Shown one piece after another: positions 37,780 through 47,526 of a stretch of DNA of 64,000 bases; within the stretch, counting starts at the first letter, position 1; the number at the start of each line of letters is the position of its first letter. The DNA comes from an uncultured virus (IMG/VR IMGVR_UViG_3300028840_001562). Taxonomy: Duplodnaviria > Heunggongvirae > Uroviricota > Caudoviricetes. The position numbers and the translations under genes are program-made. Below the pieces are notes generated by a model. It ran no database searches. It was not told the origin of the DNA and saw only the letters and a list, made by a program, of their open reading frames with translations. The stretch lies in the IMG/VR virus record IMGVR_UViG_3300028840_001562. One strand, written 5' to 3'.

Positions 37780-38133
37780 ATGTCGGCAAACCGAGATTTG
37801 GTATTTTTCAGCGGGGAACAAAAAACCATCACGGTCACCATCTATGACGAGGACGAGGCAACTGTTGACCTAACAGGGGGCACTGGTTGGTTTACGATCA
37901 AAGATAAAAGGTCGGACACAGACCCCGGAAAGATGCAAAAGACAATCACTGTCTTGAATCAGGTCACCTATCCGGGCCAATGCACGGTCGCCATCACCAC
38001 AAGCGATTGGACAAGTATTGACCCAGGCGAATATTACTATGATTTGAAAATCAAGCTTTCAAGTGGTGATATTTATTACCCTTTATATGGCCAAGTCACC
38101 GTGCGGGAAAACGTAACAACTAAAGACAGTTAG
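37780..38133 (+). CDS. BppU-like baseplate/virion protein
   Basis: VDLTG.T..F, GEYYYDL, G.VTV...VT. Confidence 0.65.
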   Translation: MSANRDLVFFSGEQKTITVTIYDEDEATVDLTGGTGWFTIKDKRSDTDPGKMQKTITVLNQVTYPGQCTVAITTSDWTSIDPGEYYYDLKIKLSSGDIYYPLYGQVTVRENVTTKDS

Positions 38134-38213
38134 AGGCTTTCGAGGTTGCCCTATGGCGGCCGATCCTCTCCCACCCTTTCCCACGGCACCCCACGCGGCG
38201 TGTGATTTTCAAG

Positions 38214-38242
38214 TTGACACGCTTCCCGTTTCTCGCTATCCT
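38214..38242 (+). promoter_or_regulatory. Sigma70-type promoter
   Basis: TTGACA-17 bp-TATCCT at the late/early boundary. Confidence 0.6.
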
Positions 38243-38541
38243 AAAAATAGGCAAAGGACATACCCCAAACATAGGAGAACCCCCAAAATGAAGATTTTTT
38301 CCAAAATGCTTCGCCATTGGAAGTGGAAACGTCGCGCCTTGACCAGGACGCAAGTTTTAAAACGCAAGGGTTTTTAGGGAGGGCGCGAAAATGACTTGGA
38401 ATCAATACAAAGAGATCAAACAACAGATGCAACACCCCATCGCAATCAATGTGCTTGATGCTAGTTTTCCAGAGCACAGCAGAAGGATGATTTTGAAAGT
38501 TGAGGGAAAAAAGGTTCGCCGTTCACGGAATGGGGGAAATC

Positions 38542-39039
38542 ATGATTAGGTTTTTAATTATCCCTTTGGTGCTTTTGGCAGCATGTGGGACGCCGTTCCC
38601 AGATATTCCTTTTTTAGAAACAGAAAATTACAGCCTGATGGTTGCCGGTGACAACCCAGAACTAGAGTTGAAACCGACTGAAGAGTTGTTTGATGCAGTT
38701 GTTGATTGGGCTAAACAATATCCAGAAGCGTTTGAAGATTATGATTTTCATTCGATCGCTGACAATTTAATGGTCGAATATTCATTCGAGGTTGTGCGTT
38801 GCAATGATGGAAATATTGTGGGCGGAGTTTTCAACCCTCCGAATCATATCAAAGTAAAGCATTACACCGGATCGCCGAGGCACGTTGCCCACGAATTGGT
38901 ACATTGGATGCTCTACCATGGCGGCAAAGTTACCTATAAGCACGTTGATGAAACAGATTATCTCTATGATGATATTGAAACGATAGGACGCCAACATATT
39001 AGGCGTGATGGTTGGTTTGATGATGTTTACGGAGGGTGA
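38542..39039 (+). CDS. Lipoprotein with an HExxH zinc-metallopeptidase motif
   Basis: LAAC lipobox; VAHELVH. Confidence 0.7.
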   Translation: MIRFLIIPLVLLAACGTPFPDIPFLETENYSLMVAGDNPELELKPTEELFDAVVDWAKQYPEAFEDYDFHSIADNLMVEYSFEVVRCNDGNIVGGVFNPPNHIKVKHYTGSPRHVAHELVHWMLYHGGKVTYKHVDETDYLYDDIETIGRQHIRRDGWFDDVYGG

Positions 39040-39228
39040 TGCAATGCAATGGTGGGGATTCAAAAAGACAAACGGCGAAATTTGCATCAAAGGTTACAAG
39101 AACAAAAAGCAAATTGAGCGCTCTCACCGCTCGAGGGTAATAGATGCAACCTATGGACCGATTGACGCTGAAAACTATTTCGTCGCAGCGGAAAAGATCG
39201 TTCCAGTTTTGCGTGAAGGCGTTTGATC

Positions 39229-39379
39229 TTGACTAGCGGCATGGTTTCTCATAGGGGTTTGAACATGGAGCTTTGGCAATCAACAAGTTTTAAAACATCG
39301 CGGCAACGGTCCTTTGCCAAAGCTCTCGTTTGCCGCACCGAGGCGGTCGTTACTCCTATGGCGGCCGCCTCAATTTTTT
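39229..39379 (+). ncRNA. Leader element 1: -35 box, pseudoknot-like pairings, terminator
   Basis: 39267-39279/39314-39326, 39300-39308/39327-39336, hairpin 39340-39371 with T run. Confidence 0.5.
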
Positions 39380-39525
39380 GACATCTTTTCCCGAAAGGGT
39401 TAAGCATGAAAAGTGACCCTTGCAAAATTCAAAAACAGATTGATTTCGATTCGGTAGACAATTCCACTGCAAGGGTCAGTTTGCCGGATCTGGGAGGGGT
39501 TGAGTCAAAAGCCGACCCCTCCCCA
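39378..39525 (+). ncRNA. Leader element 2 with the same architecture
   Basis: TTGACA at 39378; 39414-39424/39468-39478, 39448-39459/39479-39490, hairpin 39492-39523. Confidence 0.5.
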
Positions 39526-40209
39526 CTTGATTTAATGGAACGCGGATATTTCCCGCTTTGGCGGAAAGTGGTCGATTGGGAATGGGCGGATGATTCTATA
39601 GTTTTTTCGGCGTGGGTGAAAATTCTTATGTTAGCAAACTGGGAGCCAAGGAAGTGGCAGGGGATAACAATCAACCGAGGCCAATTCGTTTCAAGCAGAT
39701 CAAAATTAAGTAACTATTTGAAATTATCCGAACAACAAACACGCACTGTTGTCTCAAAACTTGAATCAACCGGGGAACTAACCAAGAAAGCAACCAAGCG
39801 TTTTTCGCTCTATACTATTGAAAATTATGACAAATATTTCCAGGCCGTTCGGACATCAACCAAGTTTGCAACCAACTACCAACCAACTACCAACCAACTA
39901 CCAACCACAACTAAAGAATTAAAAGAAAGAATAAAAAAGAAAGAAATATATAACGCTCATTTTCTGGAATGGTATTCGATTTACCCAAAGAAGATGGCCA
40001 AGGCAGAGGCACAACGAGCATTTAATGCTCTTCGTTTAAACAACGGAACATTCGAGGATTTATTGAACGGAACGAGGCGTTGGGCAGACCATTGGGCCGA
40101 TTCTGGCACAGATGCTCAATTTATCCCATATCCGTCGCGTTTTCTGCGCAGACGGCAATGGAATGACCGACCCGAAAAGGGTTGGAAGGACACTTTTTTG
40201 GAGGGATGA
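39406..40209 (+). CDS. Replication initiator / replisome organizer (conserved part starts near 39535)
   Basis: GYFPLWRK..DWEW, RGQFVSS, iteron-like ACCAAC tract (TNYQPTTNQLPTT), F.EWY..YPKK, FIPYP.RFL...W. Confidence 0.85.
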   Translation: MKSDPCKIQKQIDFDSVDNSTARVSLPDLGGVESKADPSPLDLMERGYFPLWRKVVDWEWADDSIVFSAWVKILMLANWEPRKWQGITINRGQFVSSRSKLSNYLKLSEQQTRTVVSKLESTGELTKKATKRFSLYTIENYDKYFQAVRTSTKFATNYQPTTNQLPTTTKELKERIKKKEIYNAHFLEWYSIYPKKMAKAEAQRAFNALRLNNGTFEDLLNGTRRWADHWADSGTDAQFIPYPSRFLRRRQWNDRPEKGWKDTFLEG

Positions 40210-40212
40210 AAA

Positions 40213-40764
40213 ATGGTTGAGCGAAGGCAATTTTTAGAAGCATGTGAAATCATGGCGGAAAACCTGCCCGTTGTGGGACCGGCAAAGCGAATGGACGGGC
40301 TATATAAGCTATTTAAGCATGAGCCGATCGACGCCATACAAAGGGCAGCCCGGTGGTGCGCCATGAATCTTGATAAATTCCCTGTGCCCCGCCAATTCGC
40401 AGACCAAATAGCGTTTGCAAAAAGGCAAACCGCAACACAGGAGGGGACACAGGTTGATCCATGCGAATACTGCCACGGGGACGGCGTTGTTTTCTGTATC
40501 AACACGGTCACAATGCACCGGTCATGCTTTCGTTGCCTGTGCGCCAATGCAGCCAAATTTCGTAACTACCCTGATTTTTTCGGCGCTGGCCTAAAAGATT
40601 GGGAGATCGAAAACACAATCGAACCCTCCGAATACCTGTCAGATAAGTTGTCGAAAGGATTGGCAATTTTAAAGCGGATGAAATTGAAAATTCCAGAAAA
40701 ATTAGAGAACAAAATCAACACCTTGGTAAAACTAGGCCGTGAGAGCGCCGACATTCCATTTTAA
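40213..40764 (+). CDS. Putative helicase loader/inhibitor-like protein with zinc finger
   Basis: Follows the initiator; KFP, CEYCHGDG, FRCLC. Confidence 0.6.
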   Translation: MVERRQFLEACEIMAENLPVVGPAKRMDGLYKLFKHEPIDAIQRAARWCAMNLDKFPVPRQFADQIAFAKRQTATQEGTQVDPCEYCHGDGVVFCINTVTMHRSCFRCLCANAAKFRNYPDFFGAGLKDWEIENTIEPSEYLSDKLSKGLAILKRMKLKIPEKLENKINTLVKLGRESADIPF

Positions 40765-41039
40765 CGGGTCGAGGGGGTGCGTGGTATGGATCAATCAAAG
40801 ATCGTTAACGTCGCAAGCACAGGTGAAGCCAGGGGGCACAGTTTTGAGTCAGATGCGGCCTCTGTGGACTTTTTCACGGACAAGTTTTCAAGACTGAATA
40901 ACTCTGAAGATCGTATCAGGTTTGTTGAAAACCTTGATCCGATCGAAATGCGTGATTTGCTTATATATTTGGCCGAATCCGACGATTGTATCAGCAATAG
41001 CGATTGGTTTCATGGTTGGATTGATATGCAGGGGGGTGA

Positions 41040-41261
41040 ATGATGCCGCTATGCAAGAACTGTCAACGGCGCATTTATTGGGTCGCCACAGAGACAAGGA
41101 AAACAATGCCGGTCGATCCTGAGATAATAACGGTCATATCAGAAAACGGCAGCATTGTTAGGGGAAGGGTTCCGCATTGGTTCACTTGTCCCAACATAGA
41201 ACAACACAAATTAGGAGGGCAAAAAAATGGAAGTCAAAAAAGGCATGATTGCATTGCATGA
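41040..41261 (+). CDS. Small zinc-binding phage protein
   Basis: CKNC..I.W..T....MPVD...HW.TCP. Confidence 0.7.
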   Translation: MMPLCKNCQRRIYWVATETRKTMPVDPEIITVISENGSIVRGRVPHWFTCPNIEQHKLGGQKNGSQKRHDCIA

Positions 41262-41481
41262 AGAGGCCACAGGCAACACCGTTTTTATACAGGCAAACAA
41301 TATTCAATCGGTTCGGTGTTGCTCAAAATTCAACCACCTTGAGCTGCAAGCATACAAAAACGACCCTGACCACATGCGGAGATTAATGCGTCACAACACG
41401 GAAATCAGATATGCCGGGGAAACCCTTTTTGTAACCGAATCAGTCGAAGATGTTTTTAAAATGCTTGCAATGGTAGTTTAA
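41227..41481 (+). CDS. Hypothetical protein
   Basis: SD aggagg; C-terminal VTES.EDV motif. Confidence 0.6.
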   Translation: MEVKKGMIALHEEATGNTVFIQANNIQSVRCCSKFNHLELQAYKNDPDHMRRLMRHNTEIRYAGETLFVTESVEDVFKMLAMVV

Positions 41482-41608
41482 AAATGCTTTGGTATCACAA
41501 GAAACAGAAAGGCCGCAGCGAGCGGGTCGCCACGGCCTTTCAACAAAAGAAGGTGCATCATCCAACCGTCAATGCCTTCTTATCATAACCCGTATGGGGA
41601 AGTCAAAG

Positions 41609-42700
41609 ATGAGCATTTTAAAGCCGGTCACTGATGAAGTTGCTTACGTCAAAATAAGCGGATTTGGTTTTGCAGGAACGGGCAAAACATGGACAAGCAG
41701 CTTGATCGCAGAGGGGTTGCACAAAAGAATCGGGAGCAAGAAGCCCATTGCATTTTTCGATTCTGAAGGCGGCCTTACATTCGTCAACAAAAAGATTTTT
41801 GAGCCGTCCAGCATCCCAGTTGTCGCTGTAAAAAGCAAATCGTTCGCAGACCTTATGCGCTTTATGAACGATGCGGAAAAGGAATGTGATATTGCAATCA
41901 TCGACAGCGTTACCCATGTTTGGGCCGACCTGCTCGAATCCTATAAGGCAAAAAAAGGACGCGATAGGCTATATATACCTGATTGGGGGATTTTAAAGCC
42001 TCAATGGTGGAAGTTTAGCGACAGAGTTGTGCGGTCAAAATTGCACCTGATTGTTTTGGGCCGTGCGGGTTACGAATATGAAACAAGCACAGACGAAGAA
42101 ACGGGGAAAAAAGAAAGTTACAGAAGCGGCACAAAGATGAAGGCCGAGGGAGACTTTTCTTTTGAACCAAGTTTGAATTTGGAGTTTGTGAAATTCAGAC
42201 CAACCGAAAAAGTGATGGTCAAAGACTATGGCGTTGGTGAGTATATAGCTAATAAAAAAATCGGTCTTCATGATTGGGTAAGAGTTTGCACCGTTCATAA
42301 AGACCGCTGGAACGAAATGGACGGCAAAAACATTGTAAAGCCAACATACAAAGATTTCGAGGCCCACATTGAAAATTACAATTTCGGCGGTGAGCACAAA
42401 CCCCTTGAACAGATCGAGGACAGCAAAGACCTTTTCAAAAATGAAGATGACGGGAGGCTCGAAAAGACAAGGCGCGAAATCTTACTCGAAAAGATTCAGG
42501 CCGAAATAATCTATATTTGCGGAGCAGGAACAGCGGGGAAAGTAAAAGAGGAAAAGATCAAATTGTTTGACAATGTTTTCGGCACAACAAGTTGGACCGA
42601 GGTTTGCGGATTTGAAACTGATCAACTTGAACGATCGCTTGACATACTATTTCACACTAGAAAGGCGAAGGATGCCCAGGAACAAAAAGAGGTAACATGA
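41609..42700 (+). CDS. AAA_24/Sak4-like recombination ATPase
   Basis: GFAGTGKT, FDSEGG, IIDSVTH.W. Confidence 0.85.
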   Translation: MSILKPVTDEVAYVKISGFGFAGTGKTWTSSLIAEGLHKRIGSKKPIAFFDSEGGLTFVNKKIFEPSSIPVVAVKSKSFADLMRFMNDAEKECDIAIIDSVTHVWADLLESYKAKKGRDRLYIPDWGILKPQWWKFSDRVVRSKLHLIVLGRAGYEYETSTDEETGKKESYRSGTKMKAEGDFSFEPSLNLEFVKFRPTEKVMVKDYGVGEYIANKKIGLHDWVRVCTVHKDRWNEMDGKNIVKPTYKDFEAHIENYNFGGEHKPLEQIEDSKDLFKNEDDGRLEKTRREILLEKIQAEIIYICGAGTAGKVKEEKIKLFDNVFGTTSWTEVCGFETDQLERSLDILFHTRKAKDAQEQKEVT

Positions 42701-43144
42701 TATGGGGAATGAGAAGGGACAAGGAGAATTCATGCCAGAGCTTATGCACTATAGATGCAGCACGGCAATGAAACGTAAAATAAACGAATATTGTGAACGC
42801 AATGACATCACTGTTGCCCAGTTCGGCAGATGGTCCGACAGGTATTTTATCGACAAATTTCCAAAAACACCGCCCGTTATCACGGAGGAAGATGCAGATG
42901 GAACAAGCTAAACCTGAATTGAACAGGCAATATAAGTTTGTGATTTTGCCACATATTTGCATAAGCGGATACTGGTCTCAAAGAATCAAGGACAATATCA
43001 ACGAGGAAATGGATTGGTTGCGCAATGACATAATTCAAGCAATTAAAGGGGCTGTCGGCGCAATAAACGCTGGAGTGGCAAACGACACCATGACAATCAC
43101 AAATGTTGTTGTTGATGCGTCGGCAAGCTTCCAGGGGCCTGGCG

Positions 43145-43450
43145 ATGATGCTTCAAAAACTAAATGACATAAATCCAGTTACCCTAGATCCAAAGCTTGA
43201 TGCTGAAAGACTAGGGAAACAGATTGATCGCGTGCGAGATTACATGCTTGATGGAAGATGGCACACCCTTGAAGAGATTAGTTTGCACACTGGAGCGCCA
43301 CCCGCTTCAGCATCGGCAAGGTTGAGGGATCTAAGAAAGCCAAAATTTGGGTGCTACTTCGTTGAAAGAAGGCGTGCCGGACATCCAAAAGCAGGCATTT
43401 GGGAATATAGAATAGGAAATAGGGGCGAACAACTTGTGTTTTTGTCATAA
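43145..43450 (+). CDS. Winged-helix DNA-binding protein
   Basis: M.DG.W.TLEEI...SARLRDLRK...WEYR. Confidence 0.75.
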   Translation: MMLQKLNDINPVTLDPKLDAERLGKQIDRVRDYMLDGRWHTLEEISLHTGAPPASASARLRDLRKPKFGCYFVERRRAGHPKAGIWEYRIGNRGEQLVFLS

Positions 43451-44069
43451 AAATGGCGGCCGCAGCGAAAACCTTAACAACGCTGGTATGGGTGGATCAA
43501 CAGCAAGCTGCGTGGATGGAGTTTGAAGGGTGCGATGCTCTAGCAATGCGTACTGGCCAATCATTGCCAAAAAACCGCACCTGCCGCCTATTTTGGATTT
43601 TAGCGCTTACGATGTTCATGTTCGGATGAAAAAGAAAGGGGAACACAATGGAACTAGAATTGAAAGAGGAAATTTGCCGCAACATCTTGATGAAACATGC
43701 GAAAAAGGCAATGGGGCTTGGAGCAAAAGACAAGGTGGGCATGATTTGGGTTATGCAGGGAGAAACGATCGAAAAGGCAAAAATACACCTAATTGAAAAC
43801 GATGAAGATCCGAGACAAATGAAGATAGGCGAAGATGAATAAACAGAAAATGGGAAAGATTCTTCAGTTTCCAAGGATAGAAACTAAAGAGCTTACCCTT
43901 GATCAGATCATGAAAGAGCTTGATATGGTTGTTGTAAAAACAAAAGAGTTGTTTGAGGCGTCGGAGCAGACAAAAGCTGAAGCTGAACGCTTGTTACATA
44001 CAGCAAAAGCCATTTCAGCGTTTTCAATAACTGGCTGGGCAATTCTAATCATTTTGATGGTGCTTTGAG

Positions 44070-44894
44070 ATGAAAATCAAAGTTCATACTGATTGGAAAA
44101 TTCACGGGGAAACAGTGCGATCTGCTCTCGGGTCGAATTTGGTTGAATCATTTGACAACGCAGATGCCGCCATTTTCTTCCCTGCAACACCACAACACAA
44201 AGAAACAGTTGAATGGTGCAAGCAAAGGGGAATCATAACAGCGGTATATTGGATGGGTCAGGAAGCAAAAAAGGCTGTAATTAACAAAATATGGCGCGAC
44301 AAATTGCCAAAGTATGATTTGCAATTTTGCGTTCATGAGCGCCTGAAATTGGAGCTTGATACAGTGGACCTTTTCGCTTCTACAATCTATTTTTTCCCGA
44401 AGCAGATCCCATCTTATGCAAACGCACCTATGATGCCGATGGTAGCCGCCTATCTTCCTAATTTGCCAAATTACATGCCGGAAACTGTTACGTTGATTGC
44501 TGACAAAGTTCCTGACATTAAATTTTTAATCTATGGGAACAAGGAACCATACAAAAACTTGCCAGGAAATTGTGAACAGCATGGTTGGGTGACTCCCGAA
44601 AAAGCAAGCGAAATTCTGAAAATGTCAACTTGTGTTTTGAGGGTAACAGCGCATGACGGATTCCCTCAAAATGTCATTGAAATGAAAATGAGGGACCGAC
44701 ACGCGGTCACAAATTATTTTTATCAGGGCTGTTTGCATGGAAAAACGATCGAAGATTTTGTTCAAATTCTGAAAGACAAAAAAACACACCTGCCCGACGT
44801 TTCATTTTGGCCGATGTGGTACAGGGCGCACTGTTCTCCTGAAACATTCAGAAAACGGGTTGTTGCGAAATTCACAGGGAAAATGGGCAAATAA
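44070..44894 (+). CDS. Putative GT-B fold glycosyltransferase
   Basis: PDIKF.IYG, HGWV, LR.T.HDGFP.NVIE. Confidence 0.65.
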   Translation: MKIKVHTDWKIHGETVRSALGSNLVESFDNADAAIFFPATPQHKETVEWCKQRGIITAVYWMGQEAKKAVINKIWRDKLPKYDLQFCVHERLKLELDTVDLFASTIYFFPKQIPSYANAPMMPMVAAYLPNLPNYMPETVTLIADKVPDIKFLIYGNKEPYKNLPGNCEQHGWVTPEKASEILKMSTCVLRVTAHDGFPQNVIEMKMRDRHAVTNYFYQGCLHGKTIEDFVQILKDKKTHLPDVSFWPMWYRAHCSPETFRKRVVAKFTGKMGK

Positions 44895-44895
44895 A

Positions 44896-45927
44896 ATGGA
44901 AAAATTGACGGTTTGTCACGTTAGGTCGCATAGGGGGCCAAGGGAAACAAAGCTTGCATACTGCCAGAAAAAAAACGGCAAGGTTACACCTCTTTGGATA
45001 GGTCTTGCCGGGAATGAATACCAAACAACAATGCCTTTTGAGCGTGCCATTGAACCGCCCCCAGGGCAAAAGGGGCTGTTTCTAAAAAAAGCCGTGGAAA
45101 TAATTAACAAAAGCGTTGATGTGTATCATGTTCACAATGAGCCGGATTGGCTAATTACCGCAATGAAGGAATTGACATCGAAACCAGTGGTTTGGGATGT
45201 TCACGACCTAAACAGCTTGCGAACAGGAATCACAAGAGAAGATGAAAGGCTTGCTTTTGAACTTGCCGACGGGATTTTGACAGTCAACCAAGAATTGGCC
45301 GCCATCATAAGAAGCAAAACCGAAAGAGATATTCCAATCGGCCAATATCCAAGCTATTGCCCAATGGATTGGATGCCGCCACCAATACAAGAGCCAAACG
45401 GGCCGGACATCATTATCGCAACAGGATTAAACCCGCTTGCTGGCCATTACAGAAATTGGTTTAGCTGTTTCGATGAGATCCTAGACAGCGGGTTTACATT
45501 AGTGTGTTATTCGGGCGCAATTAAAGATTATCATAACCTTTTTCGATATAGGTATGAAATAAAAGAGCCGATCGACATAATAGAGCTTTTGGGAGCATAT
45601 TCTAATGCTCATTATGGTTTGGCGGGGGCTCCAAATCATAACCCGTTAATGTCGCTCGCGACACCTAACAAGCCTTTCGAATACATAGCCGCTGGAATCC
45701 CAGTAATTGTTTTTGGTAGGCACCACAAAATGTTGGAAACTTTCGAGCGGTTAGAGATCGGCATAGGCATAGATTACATGAGCGAATTACCCGATGCCAT
45801 CGAACACGCAAAACGCACCAAAATGCGCGAAAGCGTGATCCAAAACAGAACCTTGTTCACCATGGATAGGCACGAACCGCTTGTTTTCGATTTTTATGGC
45901 GATGTGCTCGATAGGGAAAAAACATAA
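44896..45927 (+). CDS. GT4-family glycosyltransferase
   Basis: DVYHVHNEPD, KPVVWDVHD, PNK.FEYIAAGIPVI. Confidence 0.85.
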   Translation: MEKLTVCHVRSHRGPRETKLAYCQKKNGKVTPLWIGLAGNEYQTTMPFERAIEPPPGQKGLFLKKAVEIINKSVDVYHVHNEPDWLITAMKELTSKPVVWDVHDLNSLRTGITREDERLAFELADGILTVNQELAAIIRSKTERDIPIGQYPSYCPMDWMPPPIQEPNGPDIIIATGLNPLAGHYRNWFSCFDEILDSGFTLVCYSGAIKDYHNLFRYRYEIKEPIDIIELLGAYSNAHYGLAGAPNHNPLMSLATPNKPFEYIAAGIPVIVFGRHHKMLETFERLEIGIGIDYMSELPDAIEHAKRTKMRESVIQNRTLFTMDRHEPLVFDFYGDVLDREKT

Positions 45928-45929
45928 AT

Positions 45930-45964
45930 GGTTCTTGCGTTTGACTCCATTTTTCGCAAGGACC
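45930..45964 (+). ncRNA. Hairpin with the same 15-nt loop as 2901-2933
   Basis: GGTTCTTGCG-TTTGACTCCATTTTT-CGCAAGGACC. Confidence 0.55.
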
Positions 45965-46084
45965 ACGCGCCGCGAATGGGTTGCCAACGTGGTGCAATGG
46001 GGCGGTCGGGGGCGCGGGCGCGGTCGGGATCGGGTTAAACCAAACAGCCGAATCCTTTAATAAGAGAAGGCGTTATTAAAGACG

Positions 46085-46315
46085 ATGAACCCAACAGCCA
46101 AAGTTGAGATCGTTGTTACAGTGACAAAGAGATGCACAAACCAATTTATAGGGACCATACAAGACAATGGCAGGTCTTTCCGAGATGTTGGAACATGCAG
46201 GTCCGACGCTGTTCAACGCGCAATAAAGAAATGGGCATCAACTATAGACGCATCAGAAGAATGGGCAAAACGATGGGTTAACAGCCAGCTAACTGTGAAA
46301 GTTGGAACTACATGA
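46085..46315 (+). CDS. Homolog of 6405-6668
   Basis: MNPxAKVEIVV...SDAVQxAIKKWASTIDA. Confidence 0.75.
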   Translation: MNPTAKVEIVVTVTKRCTNQFIGTIQDNGRSFRDVGTCRSDAVQRAIKKWASTIDASEEWAKRWVNSQLTVKVGTT

Positions 46316-46486
46316 AAGAAGCTATTCGCAGATATGTTAATATCATGGACGATCGTATTGCCCACGGCAGATACAACAAGATCGTGCGAAAACACTATGG
46401 GGTGCAGAGCAGACAGATCGCGGCCCTTATGGACATACTAATTGATCTGAAAGTATTGCCGAAAGATCCACCGGAAAGCTTGTTGA

Positions 46487-46996
46487 ATGACAAAAGCGAT
46501 TGCAAAGAAGGTTAGGACTAGCGGGAAAGGGCTTGTCGGCAGACCGACAAAGTTCACGTTTGACAGGATCAGGCGTTACTTAGAAGCGTGCAGAGCTGGT
46601 TATTCTGTCTCGACTTGCATAGCAAAAGCTGGATGGAAAGAAACATCTTTGCGTAAGTATAGGGAAAATGCGCGATTTTCGCGAATGGAAACAAAGGCGC
46701 GTCAAAAGGGTCAGTCCGTTCTTTGTGAAATGGCCATTGATGCTGTGAAAATGTCACTTCAGAGGGGTTACTGGCCAGCAGCGGAAGGCGTATTGACTCG
46801 TTTTGATCCTGCTTGGAAACAGGAGCCCCAATACATGGGCGACACAACGAATGTTTTACAGTTTATCATAAACAATGCGGTTCAAGCCGATTCGTCGAAC
46901 ACGAGGGTAATAAGGGAAGTTGTCGGTGAAGCAACGCATGAGGGTGAAGGCGATCAACAAGAAATCGAAAGTTCCAATGATCAGCTTGAAGAATAA
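46487..46996 (+). CDS. terS: Putative terminase small subunit
   Basis: GRPTKFT HTH start, W.AA...L.R motif, upstream of terL. Confidence 0.65.
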   Translation: MTKAIAKKVRTSGKGLVGRPTKFTFDRIRRYLEACRAGYSVSTCIAKAGWKETSLRKYRENARFSRMETKARQKGQSVLCEMAIDAVKMSLQRGYWPAAEGVLTRFDPAWKQEPQYMGDTTNVLQFIINNAVQADSSNTRVIREVVGEATHEGEGDQQEIESSNDQLEE

Positions 46997-47172
46997 TTGG
47001 GCAAAATTTAAAGAAATTTTGAACAAATTCAAAATAGACAAAAGAGATATATTTGCGCCACATGAACACAGAACGGCAGAAATAGCGGAGCTTATTTTTT
47101 CCAGTTTGATTTTGTTGAAAATGTGCCAATCCGATGAAGAGGAAAACGGACCTATTGTAAATGGTGATAACG

Positions 47173-47526
47173 ATGGCAAAAGTTAAACTATTCAACGAAA
47201 AAAACAGACTCAAAAAAGCAAAATGCCCAGAATGTGGCAAAAGAAGCACTGTCAATGATTGGGGTAATAATGATTACGAATTAAGAGGGTGCGACCTGTG
47301 CGGATCTCACGCAGCTTATAAATGCCCGAAATGCGCGAAGTTAATAGATGGAATTAATTTTATTCCAGAAGATGAGGCCGTTAAATGTAAAGCGTGCCTT
47401 GATACAGGCGTAACTTTGCCAACCCAGGCACCAGAAACGCCAGACTGTGACGGTAATTATTGGGATGGTGGCGGTTATCGGTGCGATTGTGGTCAAAAAC
47501 CCACAAGACCGCTTGAGTATGAATGA
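47173..47526 (+). CDS. Cys-rich zinc-finger protein
   Basis: Several CxxC pairs. Confidence 0.6.
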   Translation: MAKVKLFNEKNRLKKAKCPECGKRSTVNDWGNNDYELRGCDLCGSHAAYKCPKCAKLIDGINFIPEDEAVKCKACLDTGVTLPTQAPETPDCDGNYWDGGGYRCDCGQKPTRPLEYE

